Shown here one piece after another: positions 43,611 to 53,743 of a DNA stretch of 64,000 nt. The stretch's first letter is position 1. The number at the start of each line of letters is the position of its first letter. Origin of the DNA: an uncultured Chloroflexia bacterium (GTDB lineage Bacteria; Chloroflexota; Anaerolineae; JAAYZQ01); assembly GCA_963700285.1 (NCBI GenBank), contig CAVOXA010000001.1, positions 640,001-704,000 on the forward strand, written 5' to 3'. The translations under genes were made by a program, and so were the position numbers. The notes below the pieces were generated by a model. It was not told where the DNA came from and did not search any database. It was given only the letters and a program-made list of their open reading frames with translations.

Positions 43611-45164
43611 TCAGTGGCTTTTGGTCATGGCTGACCGGATCAGTTCCTGCTTGAGATCCCACAGACTTTGGGTCAGTGAGACATGGTAGACGTGGGGGTT
43701 CATGAGACGGCGGACGCCTGGGTCAAGCCGATGTACGTCGGCCTGGCGTCCCCGGCGCATCTGCTCGATGGTAGGCAGATCGTAGACGAGCTTACCCTCC
43801 TGCAGGACATCTACAAGGAGCGGTTCGATCTCTGCGACCTCCTCCTGCGTCAAGCATCGGTACTTGGCATGGTTCGAAGGGTGGTGCAGGGTGATCTGTT
43901 CCATCTTCCGGGGGTCCTCGTTATCGAGGCTCAGCAGGTCAGCCGTAGCCTTGCCGCGCCGGTCGTACACCCGCCAGATGTGCTTTTGCCCGGGGTTGGG
44001 GGTCTTGGCCGAAGACTCGGATACCTTGATTGCCGGTAACCATGTTCCCGAGTCGCGTACGGCAACCAGTTTGTAGACGCCGCCCAGCGCCGGCTCGCCC
44101 CAAGATGTGATGAGCCGCGTTCCCACGCCGTACACCAGGCGTTCAATCAGATGGTCGGGATCCACGTCGTAGCGAGGCGCCTCGTGGCTGATCTGGGTGA
44201 TGATCTGGAGGATGACCAGCTCGTCCAGGTTGTTAGAAAGAACAATCGCGACTTTTGGGAAGCCCGCGCTATTCAACATCTTTGCCACTTGGATGCTCAG
44301 ATAGGCCAGGTCACCGGAGTCGAGGCGGATGCCCACCGGCTCGTGGCCCTGGCGTCGCAGCTCTTCAAAAACCTGGATGGCATTGGGCACGCCACTCTCC
44401 AGGGTATCAATCGTATCCACAAGCAGCAGGCAGTCGTCGGGATACACGCCAGCGTAGGCGCGAAATGAATCCAATTCGCTCATGCCCAGGCTCATGAACA
44501 CCTGGACCATGCTGTGGGCATGGGTTCCCTGGGGCATATAGCCCAGTACGTGGGAAAGACCCACGTTGGAGCTAAAGTCTGCTCCACCGATGAGGGCGGC
44601 TCGCGCCCCGGCATTGGCTCCTCTCGCGTGCCCCCGGCGCAACCCGAACTCCAGCATCAAACGCTGCCGACCGCTTTCACGAATGCGCGTTGCTTTGGTG
44701 GCGATGAGGGTCTGGTAGTTGAGGTGGTTCAGGAGCGAGGTCTCCAGGATCTGAGCCATGGCCAGGGAGCCCTGGACTATGGTCAGCGGTACGTTGGCGT
44801 GGACCACGCGGCCTTCGGGGACGGCGCGCATTGTGACGGACTCGAATGTGCCGTTCTTGCGCAGCCAGTTCAGGAAATCGCTGGCAAAGACCCGCTTGCC
44901 GCTTCGACCTTTCTGGCTGCGCAGGTAGTCGATGTCCTGGGCGCGAAAGTGGGCCCTCTGCATCCAATCCAGGAGCCACTCCAGGCCTGCGTTGATGCAG
45001 TAGCCCGCCTTGTGTGCTCCATAGTCGGGATAGCGCCGGAAAAAGTGGTCAAACTGTGCTTGTTTCTCGTGCAGCCCTGTCCTGTAGTAGAGCTGGGCCA
45101 TGGTGAGCTGGTACTGGTCAGTGAAGAGGATGCCCTCGACTGTCTTGCGGTCCGATTCTCTCAT
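43611..45164 (-). CDS. pncB: Nicotinate phosphoribosyltransferase
   Basis: [42 protein letters not shown]. Confidence 0.93.
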   Translation of the reverse strand: MRESDRKTVEGILFTDQYQLTMAQLYYRTGLHEKQAQFDHFFRRYPDYGAHKAGYCINAGLEWLLDWMQRAHFRAQDIDYLRSQKGRSGKRVFASDFLNWLRKNGTFESVTMRAVPEGRVVHANVPLTIVQGSLAMAQILETSLLNHLNYQTLIATKATRIRESGRQRLMLEFGLRRGHARGANAGARAALIGGADFSSNVGLSHVLGYMPQGTHAHSMVQVFMSLGMSELDSFRAYAGVYPDDCLLLVDTIDTLESGVPNAIQVFEELRRQGHEPVGIRLDSGDLAYLSIQVAKMLNSAGFPKVAIVLSNNLDELVILQIITQISHEAPRYDVDPDHLIERLVYGVGTRLITSWGEPALGGVYKLVAVRDSGTWLPAIKVSESSAKTPNPGQKHIWRVYDRRGKATADLLSLDNEDPRKMEQITLHHPSNHAKYRCLTQEEVAEIEPLLVDVLQEGKLVYDLPTIEQMRRGRQADVHRLDPGVRRLMNPHVYHVSLTQSLWDLKQELIRSAMTKSH

Positions 45165-45232
45165 GGCTGGCTCTCCTGCGGTAGCCGACTGTCCACCACA
45201 AACAGGGCGCGTGTTTGGGTGTCTGCTACGTG

Positions 45233-45589
45233 CTACTCGCTGTCTGCCCTGGCGCGCAAAAGGTCGATGGTCTCAAAGGCATGGCGCAGGTGGGGAATAA
45301 CAATGCTTCCGCCAACCACCAGCGCCACGTTGAGGGCTTCGTACAGCTCTTCATCGGAAAAACCAGCGTCAACGCATTCGATGAGGTGATAGTCGATGCA
45401 ATCATCACAGCGCAGCACGGCCGAGGCCACCAGGCCCAATAACTCCTTGGTTCTGCCGGTCAGTGCGCCATCCTTGTAGGCGTTGGTGTCCAGGTTGAAG
45501 AAACGCTTAATGCCCAGGTGACCGGCTGTTAATATGCGCTCGTTCATCCGTCTGCGATAGGCTTGAAAGTCGTCAATGCGTGTGGTCAC
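45233..45589 (-). CDS. Carboxymuconolactone decarboxylase/AhpD family protein
   Basis: [27 protein letters not shown]. Confidence 0.88.
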   Translation of the reverse strand: MTTRIDDFQAYRRRMNERILTAGHLGIKRFFNLDTNAYKDGALTGRTKELLGLVASAVLRCDDCIDYHLIECVDAGFSDEELYEALNVALVVGGSIVIPHLRHAFETIDLLRARADSE

Positions 45590-45699
45590 GGTAGCCCTCT
45601 CCCAATAGGTTGTATTCCTTGCTGACGGGCGTCGAACTCGATACGTATTGTGCGATGCGTACCCGCGCAATGCACACTTTACGTACTATGAGTCACGAA

Positions 45700-46452
45700 T
45701 CAAGCTTCTTGGACTCTGTCCAGCGGGCAAGTTGGCGGCATAGCGCGCTTGTGGGCTGAGGTGGCGATCATGTGCTGGACCCTGTTCAGAAGTGTGGGGT
45801 CCAGGTCGCTGATTTCATGCGCCTCGATGGCGGCCAAGCTTCGGTCTAGGTCATCATAGGTGAGGCCCATTTCAGCCTCATCGGTCTGACCTGCCCATAG
45901 CCCAGCTGTGGGCGGTCGCTCGATGATGGGCTGGGGGACCCCAAGATATCGGGCTAACAGGCGCACTTGCCACTTGTACAGCTTACCTAGGGGCTCCAGG
46001 TCGACCCCGCCGTCGCCGTATTTTGTAAAGTAGCCAATCTGGAGTTCGCTCTTGTTTCCTGTGCCGGCTACCAGGTAGCCGCGCGTCTGCCCTAGGGCAT
46101 ACAATGTCGCCATTCGCAGCCGGGGCTTGATATTTGCCTGGGCCATATCCGTTACTCCGGGTGGCAGCGCGACCAGCAAGGCTTCGTAGGGCGCAGTCAG
46201 GTCCACTGTAACGGTCTTCAAGTGGAGGGCATCGGCCACCAGATGTGCCATCTCGCTGTCCTCTGGCGCGCTGTTACAGGGCATCAGGACGCCCAGCACG
46301 CCATCGCCCATGGCCCTTTGGCACAAGGCGGCTGTGACGGCGGAATCGATCCCGCCGCTCAAGCCGACGACGTAACCCTCCGCGCCGCTATTCTGGGCAT
46401 AGGTGCGCAACCACGTTGTGATCTCATCAGCTACTCTGCTCATGTCGTTCAT
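45700..46452 (-). CDS. nadE: NH3-dependent NAD+ synthetase
   Basis: GLSGGIDS, NIKPRLRM, GTGNKSE..GYFTKYGDG, PTAGLW.GQTDE. Confidence 0.95.
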   Translation of the reverse strand: MNDMSRVADEITTWLRTYAQNSGAEGYVVGLSGGIDSAVTAALCQRAMGDGVLGVLMPCNSAPEDSEMAHLVADALHLKTVTVDLTAPYEALLVALPPGVTDMAQANIKPRLRMATLYALGQTRGYLVAGTGNKSELQIGYFTKYGDGGVDLEPLGKLYKWQVRLLARYLGVPQPIIERPPTAGLWAGQTDEAEMGLTYDDLDRSLAAIEAHEISDLDPTLLNRVQHMIATSAHKRAMPPTCPLDRVQEA

Positions 46453-46484
46453 CGCATCCCACCTTTTCTACGATTTCCACGGTG

Positions 46485-47927
46485 TTACAATGTTCTGATA
46501 AAAGCTTCTCCGCAGGCCATCAAATCTGCATAATCCTCAGGCGGAGTAAGTCTAGTCAGTAGTTGGCCAGTATGGCGGCCCAGAACCTCGCCCGCTAGCG
46601 GAGAACCCTGATCAAGCCATTCTTCCAAGACCAAGTGGGGCAAGATGTCGCTGCGAAAGTGAGCGGTTCGAAAGAGCTTCAGCGTCTGTTGTGAGGTCAG
46701 AAAATCCCCACCAGGTCCTGCTTGAGCGATCTCGTCCAGCTTTACCGAGCTATCGTCCAGGGCGAAGCCTTGAGCAAAGAGTCGGGCCTGCTGGATGACG
46801 TCATTGGCATAGACGGCAATGGCAGGTGAAAAGGCCAGAGAGCCCAGATTGTCGCCGACAAAGGGGGCCAGTCCAACCTTGCTCATGCAGCTTAGTAGGT
46901 GGTTCATCCATTGGTGGCCGGCGGCGATGATGTCGGCTCCCCAGCCCAGACCGCTCCCTGAGGTGCCGCAATGGGGCAGGCCATAGTGGGACATCATCTC
47001 CGCGCAGGCCAGGCCAACCAGGTAGCTTCTTGGAGCGTAAAAGCTGCCAATCCCCTTCATGTCAAAGAAGGCTGGAAGGCTGCCCAGGATGATGGGCGTA
47101 CCCTCTAGCATCAGTTGACTGAGGGTCAACCCTGCCAGCAACTCGGCGTTCAGGAGGGCGAGCGCGCCTCCGGGAGTGATCGGCGTCGTCGCGCCGGCCA
47201 TCCCATAGTTGGAATAGATAAAGGGCAGGCCCCGCTCTGTGGCCAGCCACATCTTGTCGACCGTGCCTTTGTTGATCACCAGGGGGCTGATGGGGTTGAA
47301 GTAGGGGATGGTGAACGGGTTCGAGGCCAAATCTCCGTGTAGCTGCTCCAAGAGATCCAGCACCGGTGCGAAAGCATTCTCGTCTGAGACCAAGATCACC
47401 AGTGGTTTTGTGGTGTTGGCTGTCATCTCCAAGGTGGCATACAGATCTGACTGGTTCGGCGGGACGTCCTGGATGATGCCCACGGTGGAGATGACGTCAA
47501 AGCTTGGCAAAATGCCTCCAAGCCGCACCGTGGACTCCATGTGCTGCCGGGTGAAGGGCATCACTGCCTCGGTTTCCGGGTCCTGGTAGTAGAGTGCGGT
47601 CACGCCGATGCCAAAACGAGCCTCCCCTGGCAGGCAAAAGGCCAGGTTCCCCCGCCGATCATAGATGTCGACGGCTGCAGGTGCCCTTTCCAGAGCCCAC
47701 TCTACCAGTTCGCGGGGGATACGGACGTATTCACCTGCAATGGCTGTGCTCCCGGCGGCCTGGCCAAAGAGCTGCCGGGCTCGTTCAGAGTCCATGCGGA
47801 CTCCAATGGAGGCAAGGATCTGCAGCGAATAGTCGTGAACCTGCTGCATCTGGTCTTTGTCCAAGATGGTGAGGTTGGGTCGGACCATCAAGGGGTTGCT
47901 GGCGCTAGGTCTGTCCATGGGTGACAA
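46485..47927 (-). CDS. Trimethylamine methyltransferase (MttB) family, non-pyrrolysine
   Basis: NTTKP, NPISPL, GATTPITPGGALALLNAE.LAG, EMMSHYGLP, GPGGDFLT; no in-frame amber codon. Confidence 0.88.
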   Translation of the reverse strand: MSPMDRPSASNPLMVRPNLTILDKDQMQQVHDYSLQILASIGVRMDSERARQLFGQAAGSTAIAGEYVRIPRELVEWALERAPAAVDIYDRRGNLAFCLPGEARFGIGVTALYYQDPETEAVMPFTRQHMESTVRLGGILPSFDVISTVGIIQDVPPNQSDLYATLEMTANTTKPLVILVSDENAFAPVLDLLEQLHGDLASNPFTIPYFNPISPLVINKGTVDKMWLATERGLPFIYSNYGMAGATTPITPGGALALLNAELLAGLTLSQLMLEGTPIILGSLPAFFDMKGIGSFYAPRSYLVGLACAEMMSHYGLPHCGTSGSGLGWGADIIAAGHQWMNHLLSCMSKVGLAPFVGDNLGSLAFSPAIAVYANDVIQQARLFAQGFALDDSSVKLDEIAQAGPGGDFLTSQQTLKLFRTAHFRSDILPHLVLEEWLDQGSPLAGEVLGRHTGQLLTRLTPPEDYADLMACGEAFIRTL

Positions 47928-48041
47928 GGTTCCTCCATTCTGTCGTTATGATGGGCGCGCCAGAGGGGCGCAGACCCAAGGCCAACTCAATGCCCGTGAG
48001 AAGTGGGTGAGAATCGGCCGAGTACGCGGGAACAGCAATGC

Positions 48042-48548
48042 TTAGATGCCTGTGATCTCGCTGCGGCGTTCCATCAGGATGACATCGCGCCAAACGCCAT
48101 GCATTTGGCCAATTCGGTGTCGACGCCCTACGAGTCGAAATCCACAGGTCATGTGCAGGGCGATGCTCGCCACGTTTTCGGGAAAGATCCCGGCCTGGAG
48201 CGTCCAAATGCCCTCGCGTTCCGAAGCCCGGATAAGGTTCTGTAGCAAGAGTGTACCCAAGCCCTGGCATCTCGCCGCCTCGGCCACATAGACGCTGACC
48301 TCGGCAACACCGCCATACACGCATCTGGTGGAGACACCGCTTAATGCCGCCCAGCCGGCGACCTCTCCTCCAGTCCTAGCCACCAGCCTGCAGGCTCGTA
48401 AGTGACTGCGGTCCCACTCTTTCCAATGAGGTACGTCAGTTTCAAAAGTGGCATGGCCGGTAGCGATGCCTTCCTTGTAGATGGCCTTGATCGCGTGCCA
48501 ATCCTCAACCCTCAACTCTGCAATGGTGACGCCCATGGTACTCCCCAT
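48042..48548 (-). CDS. GNAT acetyltransferase (YncA/phosphinothricin/ArsN-like)
   Basis: EGIATGHATFET, AEVSVYV, IWTLQAGIFPENVASIALH, WRDVILMERRS. Confidence 0.9.
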   Translation of the reverse strand: MGSTMGVTIAELRVEDWHAIKAIYKEGIATGHATFETDVPHWKEWDRSHLRACRLVARTGGEVAGWAALSGVSTRCVYGGVAEVSVYVAEAARCQGLGTLLLQNLIRASEREGIWTLQAGIFPENVASIALHMTCGFRLVGRRHRIGQMHGVWRDVILMERRSEITGI

Positions 48549-48580
48549 TCAATCGCCCGGCCGTCGGTTCGGGCGATTGG

Positions 48581-49075
48581 TCAGGCCCGAATACCGTACT
48601 CGGCCAGCGAATCATCCAGGAATCGCTGCCATACCGCGTTTGGATGCCAGATCCGGAGCAGATCCTTTTCGGCCGTTTCTTGGGACACGCCGAGCCAGAT
48701 GACGCGGTAGAGGTAGACGAAAACCGAGACCCGCATATTCATGACACAATGGACAAACACTCGCTTGCCACGGCACCTGGCCATCACGTCGAAGAACTGC
48801 TCAAGGTTCTGCGCCGTGGGGCGCTCCCATAGGACAGGGATGTGGACGTAGAGCATTCCCGCCCCGGCAACAAGCCGCTGCTCGTTGGGCAGCGCGTTGG
48901 AGGAATCGGGCATGGCCAGGTTCACGACGATGTCATAGCCTGCCGCTCTAACGTCGGCAAACTGGGAAGGTGCGGGCTGTCCCGCCGTGCCAATCGTATC
49001 TGAAATGGCGAGATAGTTGAGCACGTCCTCCAAGTCTGGTGATGGCATTGGCTGCCTCCTATCTTGATCCTCCAT
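48581..49075 (-). CDS. Protein tyrosine phosphatase-like protein (DUF442/Blh-type)
   Basis: TAGQP, VVNLA, YVHIPV, VFVHCVMNMRVS (Cx4R). Confidence 0.82.
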   Translation of the reverse strand: MEDQDRRQPMPSPDLEDVLNYLAISDTIGTAGQPAPSQFADVRAAGYDIVVNLAMPDSSNALPNEQRLVAGAGMLYVHIPVLWERPTAQNLEQFFDVMARCRGKRVFVHCVMNMRVSVFVYLYRVIWLGVSQETAEKDLLRIWHPNAVWQRFLDDSLAEYGIRA

Positions 49076-51398
49076 CCTTCCACAGGCCGTCCCGTAGCTG
49101 CACGCCGAAGCGAGCTAGGCTTTCCTTCGCCTCCGCCAGCCTGTCTGTTGGGACGACGGCCAGCGTACGATGGGCCGCCGGGAAGGGGGTGAGAAGCTGC
49201 TGCAGGTCGGCATTCTCTCGCAACTCATCCAGGGCGCCCGGATCGCTGAATTCGATGAGTGAAAGGGTTTCCACTGCGGCATTGCCATAGTAGCCGCCCC
49301 AGGCTTTGACTTGATCGACAAGGCCCCCGGGCAGCGTCCCCCGGTGCAGTTTGCCCAATTCGTCCAGTAGGCGGGTCGCTTTGATTTTGTTCCCTGCGGC
49401 GCGGCGCACGGACCTGGGACTTAGCTTCCACATACCATCAGGCGTCTCTTTGGCCAGCCTCGAGAGCCTGCCGCGTAGATGCAGGCTGGGGCAAGCGTGG
49501 ATGGGGCGGATCGTTCCATCTTCCTCAACGATGACGCTGTCATCCGCCGACTCTGGCTCGGCGCCGGTGACTGCTGGAAACAGTCCCTGGCCAACCAGTT
49601 GCGCTATCAGCGCTTCCTCGCCACCCGCCTTGAGCAGCGCCACTTGTTTTGACAGCCTGCGGGCCATGTGCTTGCTTAGCTGAGGATCAGCCACCAGTCT
49701 GCCGAGCAGATCGCCATCGACCGCCTGAAGAAGGCTGACGCCGGTACGGAACACGATCCGTTCGTGCTGTGCGCCCCACTCTTTCAGAGATCGCAGCACG
49801 TTCTGCGGCAGAGTTGCGCCGATTTTCTGCTCCAAAAAGTGGAGTATTTGTGTCGTCTCCATGCCCAATTGTTGGGCGCGGTAGACTGAATCCCGCGACA
49901 GGCGGTATTCAAAGGCGCCCCGGTCAGCCTGCTCTCTGTCGGCGAACGAGTCCAGGCGTGCCAGCCATTCCAGGGGGACCGGACCAATGGCTATCACCTG
50001 GAAGTTGGGCTGGAGCACCAGCCTGCCCGTGCCCTCCTCAGGAAGGGCAGCCGGGGTTCGTGCTTCTGTGGCAGACAGTACTTCCTTGCCTGCCCGAGTC
50101 AAGCGAAATGCCTGCCACTGGCCCAGGTGGTAGCCTAGGTCGACGAGGCCAAGTTGGTGCAGAACCCCGGTGACCGCGCTTTCTACAAAACTCTTCTCAA
50201 AGCCGTTGAGCTTTCGGATCAACTCCTGGGTCGAGCCATAGTAGTAGGAACCGCTGTGACCATAATACCAGTTGCCTCGGTACGTCTCAAGATTGAGGCG
50301 ATTGGCAAACAAGAAATCTGGGTCCTGGTCTTGGATCGTCTCTAGGATATTATCCAATTCGTGCCAGACGCCAGGTGGCTGCGGCCGGAGGCAGGCCAGC
50401 AGGCTTTCCTTCGCGTGGCGGGGGCGGGGGTCATAGTCAGCCGCCCCTCTTAACCAAGGTTCTGCCACGCCAAGCTGTGACCACGCATCCAGACAGGCGG
50501 CCAACTGCCTGGATAGCGACCAACTCCAGTAAGGAGGTACTCCTACAGGGTCCTCATCGGCTGGACGTAACTGGCCCTCTTGTCTGCGTACCAGATCCAA
50601 TTTCTCCAGGAGCAAGCGGAGCAGGTACAGCCGACCGGTCTCGTCCTCGCGCTTGGCGTCGTCCACTAGAGGATCGGGCAGCAGCAGAGTCTGGTTGATC
50701 GCCTTGAGCCAGCGTTTGCCTACGAGACCACCTTTGAGTAGGGACACCTCGTGACGCCGTACAAAGTCCCAGTAAAGGTACAGGTCCCGCAGCAACAGGG
50801 CCGCATCGCCGCTCTGTACCTCAGTCGGGTGCCAGTCGGGTGCCTGCGGTGGAATCGGCTCCGGCTGCGGCAAGGTCTTTCGGATGATTTCGGGTATATG
50901 CAGCGTTTTGCCGGGATGGAATTGGAGTTTGTAGGACGTGCCGCTGCTGGAAAAGGACTCTTCCCGGCTGAAGACCAGGCCGCGATAGGTCAGCCGGGCA
51001 ATCACATCTTCAAACACGCGCGAGTCCCCACGATAAGGCTGTCCTGCGTATCCTTCTGCATAGGGCACGCGAAGATAGCTACGGCCATGGCTCTCAGTTC
51101 GAGGTGCAGTAGCCGCTAACCCTGCCCGGATCACCTCGCGCTTCAAAGTCCTCGTCGAGATCGTGCCGCCGTGTAACAGCAACCGATCGAGGACGGCCCG
51201 CTCGCGCTCGTCGAGCCGGTCGAGGGAGTCCCGGATCCGCTCCTCGGCAAAGTACTCAGCCTGCATCTTGGAGAGGACCTCTGATTTTGACAGCTTTTTC
51301 CCTTTTGGGTCTGTGACCCGCAAGCCGGCGGCGTCCGCCATCTCCCACAACGTGGTAGAGTGGTACGCATCAAGAAGGGTCCGGATCTCGTCGGCCAT
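49059..51398 (-). CDS. Helicase-associated domain protein (Helicase_C_3 / p52-Tfb2-like)
   Basis: LHQLGLVDL..FRLTRAG winged helix, then LVLQPNFQVIA..LDSFA..YRLSRDSVYRA..LPQNVLRSLKEW; a second degenerate copy lies at the C-terminus. Confidence 0.8.
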   Translation of the reverse strand: MADEIRTLLDAYHSTTLWEMADAAGLRVTDPKGKKLSKSEVLSKMQAEYFAEERIRDSLDRLDERERAVLDRLLLHGGTISTRTLKREVIRAGLAATAPRTESHGRSYLRVPYAEGYAGQPYRGDSRVFEDVIARLTYRGLVFSREESFSSSGTSYKLQFHPGKTLHIPEIIRKTLPQPEPIPPQAPDWHPTEVQSGDAALLLRDLYLYWDFVRRHEVSLLKGGLVGKRWLKAINQTLLLPDPLVDDAKREDETGRLYLLRLLLEKLDLVRRQEGQLRPADEDPVGVPPYWSWSLSRQLAACLDAWSQLGVAEPWLRGAADYDPRPRHAKESLLACLRPQPPGVWHELDNILETIQDQDPDFLFANRLNLETYRGNWYYGHSGSYYYGSTQELIRKLNGFEKSFVESAVTGVLHQLGLVDLGYHLGQWQAFRLTRAGKEVLSATEARTPAALPEEGTGRLVLQPNFQVIAIGPVPLEWLARLDSFADREQADRGAFEYRLSRDSVYRAQQLGMETTQILHFLEQKIGATLPQNVLRSLKEWGAQHERIVFRTGVSLLQAVDGDLLGRLVADPQLSKHMARRLSKQVALLKAGGEEALIAQLVGQGLFPAVTGAEPESADDSVIVEEDGTIRPIHACPSLHLRGRLSRLAKETPDGMWKLSPRSVRRAAGNKIKATRLLDELGKLHRGTLPGGLVDQVKAWGGYYGNAAVETLSLIEFSDPGALDELRENADLQQLLTPFPAAHRTLAVVPTDRLAEAKESLARFGVQLRDGLWKDGGSR

Positions 51399-51399
51399 G

Positions 51400-53739
51400 T
51401 CACACCTGGTCGGTCTGCTTGGGAGTGTAGCCGGCCTTTTCCAGCTCGGCCCGCAGAGGATCCACGGCATGAGGGCTGATGATTACCAGCCGGGGCGACA
51501 TTTCGGCGATCAGGTACTTGTCCAGCGACGTTACCGCCTTCGCCTCAGCCAGGGCATAGTCATCGCCGAACTCGATCACCGTAAGGCCTTTGTAGATGCG
51601 AACCTGACCGTAGGCCTGCCACCATGACGCTAGTTGGCTGCGGATGGCGTCGGGCATCGGAACCTGTAGGAATTGCTCCCAGCCATCCAGGATCTCGGAC
51701 AGGGCGGTGCCACTCTCGAAGGCTTCGTAGGCGGCCTGGGCATCCAGCCGATACTCAAAGTAATCGGCTTCAGCGATCGTTAGGCGAGCGATCTTGTCCA
51801 GCAGGCTGTGAGCCTGGGCGCTAACAGCCGAGGGCCTAAGGGTGACACAGAGTCCGTCCGCATTTACCGCTCCAGCCCCTGGTACAGCCGGGACCTGATC
51901 GACAGCGTGCCGTGGTGGGGGAACGGACTCTGTACGATCCAGATACAGTTCGCCCAGGCCCTGAAGGCGAAAGGCTGCCAGTTCCCCGCCTTCGAAGAAA
52001 AGGTCGGCCAATCCCAGCCAGTGCAAGGGTCCAGCGATGATCTGCCGGACAAAGTTCCCCTGGGCCAGGTCCCAGTGTTGTACGTTGCCCTGAAGCAAGG
52101 GTTGCCCATCCCTGGTCAGCAACCAGGCGCCTGCGCGCTGGCGTTGGGGGATCGAATAGGCCCGATAGTAGGGATCCTGTACCGTCTGATCAAACCTGGG
52201 CCAGATGGTGCGCAGTAGCTGGAACAGGTCCTTCAGAGCCACCCATTCTCCGTCTGGCAGGGTAGCCAGCGTACGAAGGACCAGTTGGCGAAACTCGACC
52301 AGATCCTTCCCCAAATTCATGGGCTTGTAGTACAAGTAATGGCAGGTACGCACGAAGTGTAGGGGCTTAACCGTCCGCAGTACCTCCCACAGCGCGCTCC
52401 AGTTCCACATGGTCAGGTAGATCCGGGCCAGAAGGGCCCGCTGGGCCAGTTCATCTAGGCGCAGGAACTGGGCCTTCACCTCGGGCCAGACGGTCGTTGG
52501 GCTGCCGGGTTGAAACACGCCCGTCGCTGCCAATAGGGAAAAGACAAACTCCAGGCGTGCTTCCCCATCGTCTCGCCCGCACTCGGCTCCGGCGGCCAGG
52601 GGAGCCAGGCGTACGATTGCCTCGTCGGGCAGGGAACGCCCTGGTGGTGGGAGCGTGAGCGTCAAGTCCGCACGATTCCTGATCTGCCCGCTCTTTTGCA
52701 TCTGCGCGAGTTCGACCGGGTCATAGTCCCACCCCTCTAGATCGGGGAGAAACCGTTCCAGGCGGGGGCGGGGCATGGGCGGCCGCAAGCGTACAGGCTG
52801 TTGCTCCAGCAAGACCGCGATCTGGTTGGTGGTACGGACCAGGGCGTAAGGATCAGCCAGGCAAAGTCCTGTCCCGGCAGACTCTGTAGGCAGATTGGTC
52901 GTCATCTCCCCTAATAGGGGGGGGAAATGGCGGACAAGGGCAAAGGGAATGAAATCCTCCTTGTCGCCATACGCATCTCTGGCATAGCCGGGCAGCGCCA
53001 AGCCCGTTTCCCACAGATGGCGCGTAAAGGTGGGGGCCACCTTGTGGTTCCCAGGCGCTCTCCATGCTCTGGCTATTTCCTCCAGGTCTTCGGCTCGTAC
53101 CCCAAAGCTCCCACTCAGGAGGAGCATTGCCCGGAGCATCAGCCGATGTTCCTCAGGCAGGTCCTGGATGGCCTGGGCGATCTCTTCAGGGTTGACAATG
53201 TACTTGGCAACCTGCTGTATAATATCCGCCTTGCGCGTCCCCTTCAGCCGCCAACCCCGGTTCTTGGCCATCCGACGCAGATCCTGAAGCTTTACCTGGG
53301 AGAGCCATGCTTCCAACTGCTCTTGATAGACGCGCTGGCGCTCTTCCCAGGACACTGCAATCCAGCTGGGTGTTTCTTCAGGACGATAGGTGGGTAGGGG
53401 ATCAACTGCTGTGACTTCGATAGGGTATTCTTTGGAAAGGGGCACAGCACCTTTCGGAACAAACTCCTCCGGCGTCGATATCCACTTGAGCAGGACTGCG
53501 CCCACGTGCTTGCAGTAGCCGCTCCAATCATAGGGGCAGGTGCAACGTGCGTCAATGCCGCCCGCCCCGACCTCGATTTCCACTTCGTACAGTCGGCTAC
53601 CGCGCACCAGGGCAGTGAGGGTCTGGCCCACACGCACCGGATTCCGAACCCGGGCTACGTAGCCTTGGGCCCGGCGCAGGCTCTTGGCGTTCAGTGGACC
53701 GCGAATGTCGGCCTCTCTGAGAGTTTCCAAAGTAGGCAA
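51400..53739 (-). CDS. SWIM zinc finger plus helicase-associated (Helicase_C_3-like) protein
   Basis: SWIM ARCTCPY...CKHVGAVLL; PLHWLGLADL..FRL; YRLDAQAAYEAFESG..MPDAIRSQLASWWQAYGQVRIY. Confidence 0.8.
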   Translation of the reverse strand: MPTLETLREADIRGPLNAKSLRRAQGYVARVRNPVRVGQTLTALVRGSRLYEVEIEVGAGGIDARCTCPYDWSGYCKHVGAVLLKWISTPEEFVPKGAVPLSKEYPIEVTAVDPLPTYRPEETPSWIAVSWEERQRVYQEQLEAWLSQVKLQDLRRMAKNRGWRLKGTRKADIIQQVAKYIVNPEEIAQAIQDLPEEHRLMLRAMLLLSGSFGVRAEDLEEIARAWRAPGNHKVAPTFTRHLWETGLALPGYARDAYGDKEDFIPFALVRHFPPLLGEMTTNLPTESAGTGLCLADPYALVRTTNQIAVLLEQQPVRLRPPMPRPRLERFLPDLEGWDYDPVELAQMQKSGQIRNRADLTLTLPPPGRSLPDEAIVRLAPLAAGAECGRDDGEARLEFVFSLLAATGVFQPGSPTTVWPEVKAQFLRLDELAQRALLARIYLTMWNWSALWEVLRTVKPLHFVRTCHYLYYKPMNLGKDLVEFRQLVLRTLATLPDGEWVALKDLFQLLRTIWPRFDQTVQDPYYRAYSIPQRQRAGAWLLTRDGQPLLQGNVQHWDLAQGNFVRQIIAGPLHWLGLADLFFEGGELAAFRLQGLGELYLDRTESVPPPRHAVDQVPAVPGAGAVNADGLCVTLRPSAVSAQAHSLLDKIARLTIAEADYFEYRLDAQAAYEAFESGTALSEILDGWEQFLQVPMPDAIRSQLASWWQAYGQVRIYKGLTVIEFGDDYALAEAKAVTSLDKYLIAEMSPRLVIISPHAVDPLRAELEKAGYTPKQTDQV

Positions 53740-53743
53740 GGTA

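Noticed and set aside
46485-47927. Pyrrolysine readthrough in mttB
   Set aside because: The ORF is continuous with no in-frame TAG
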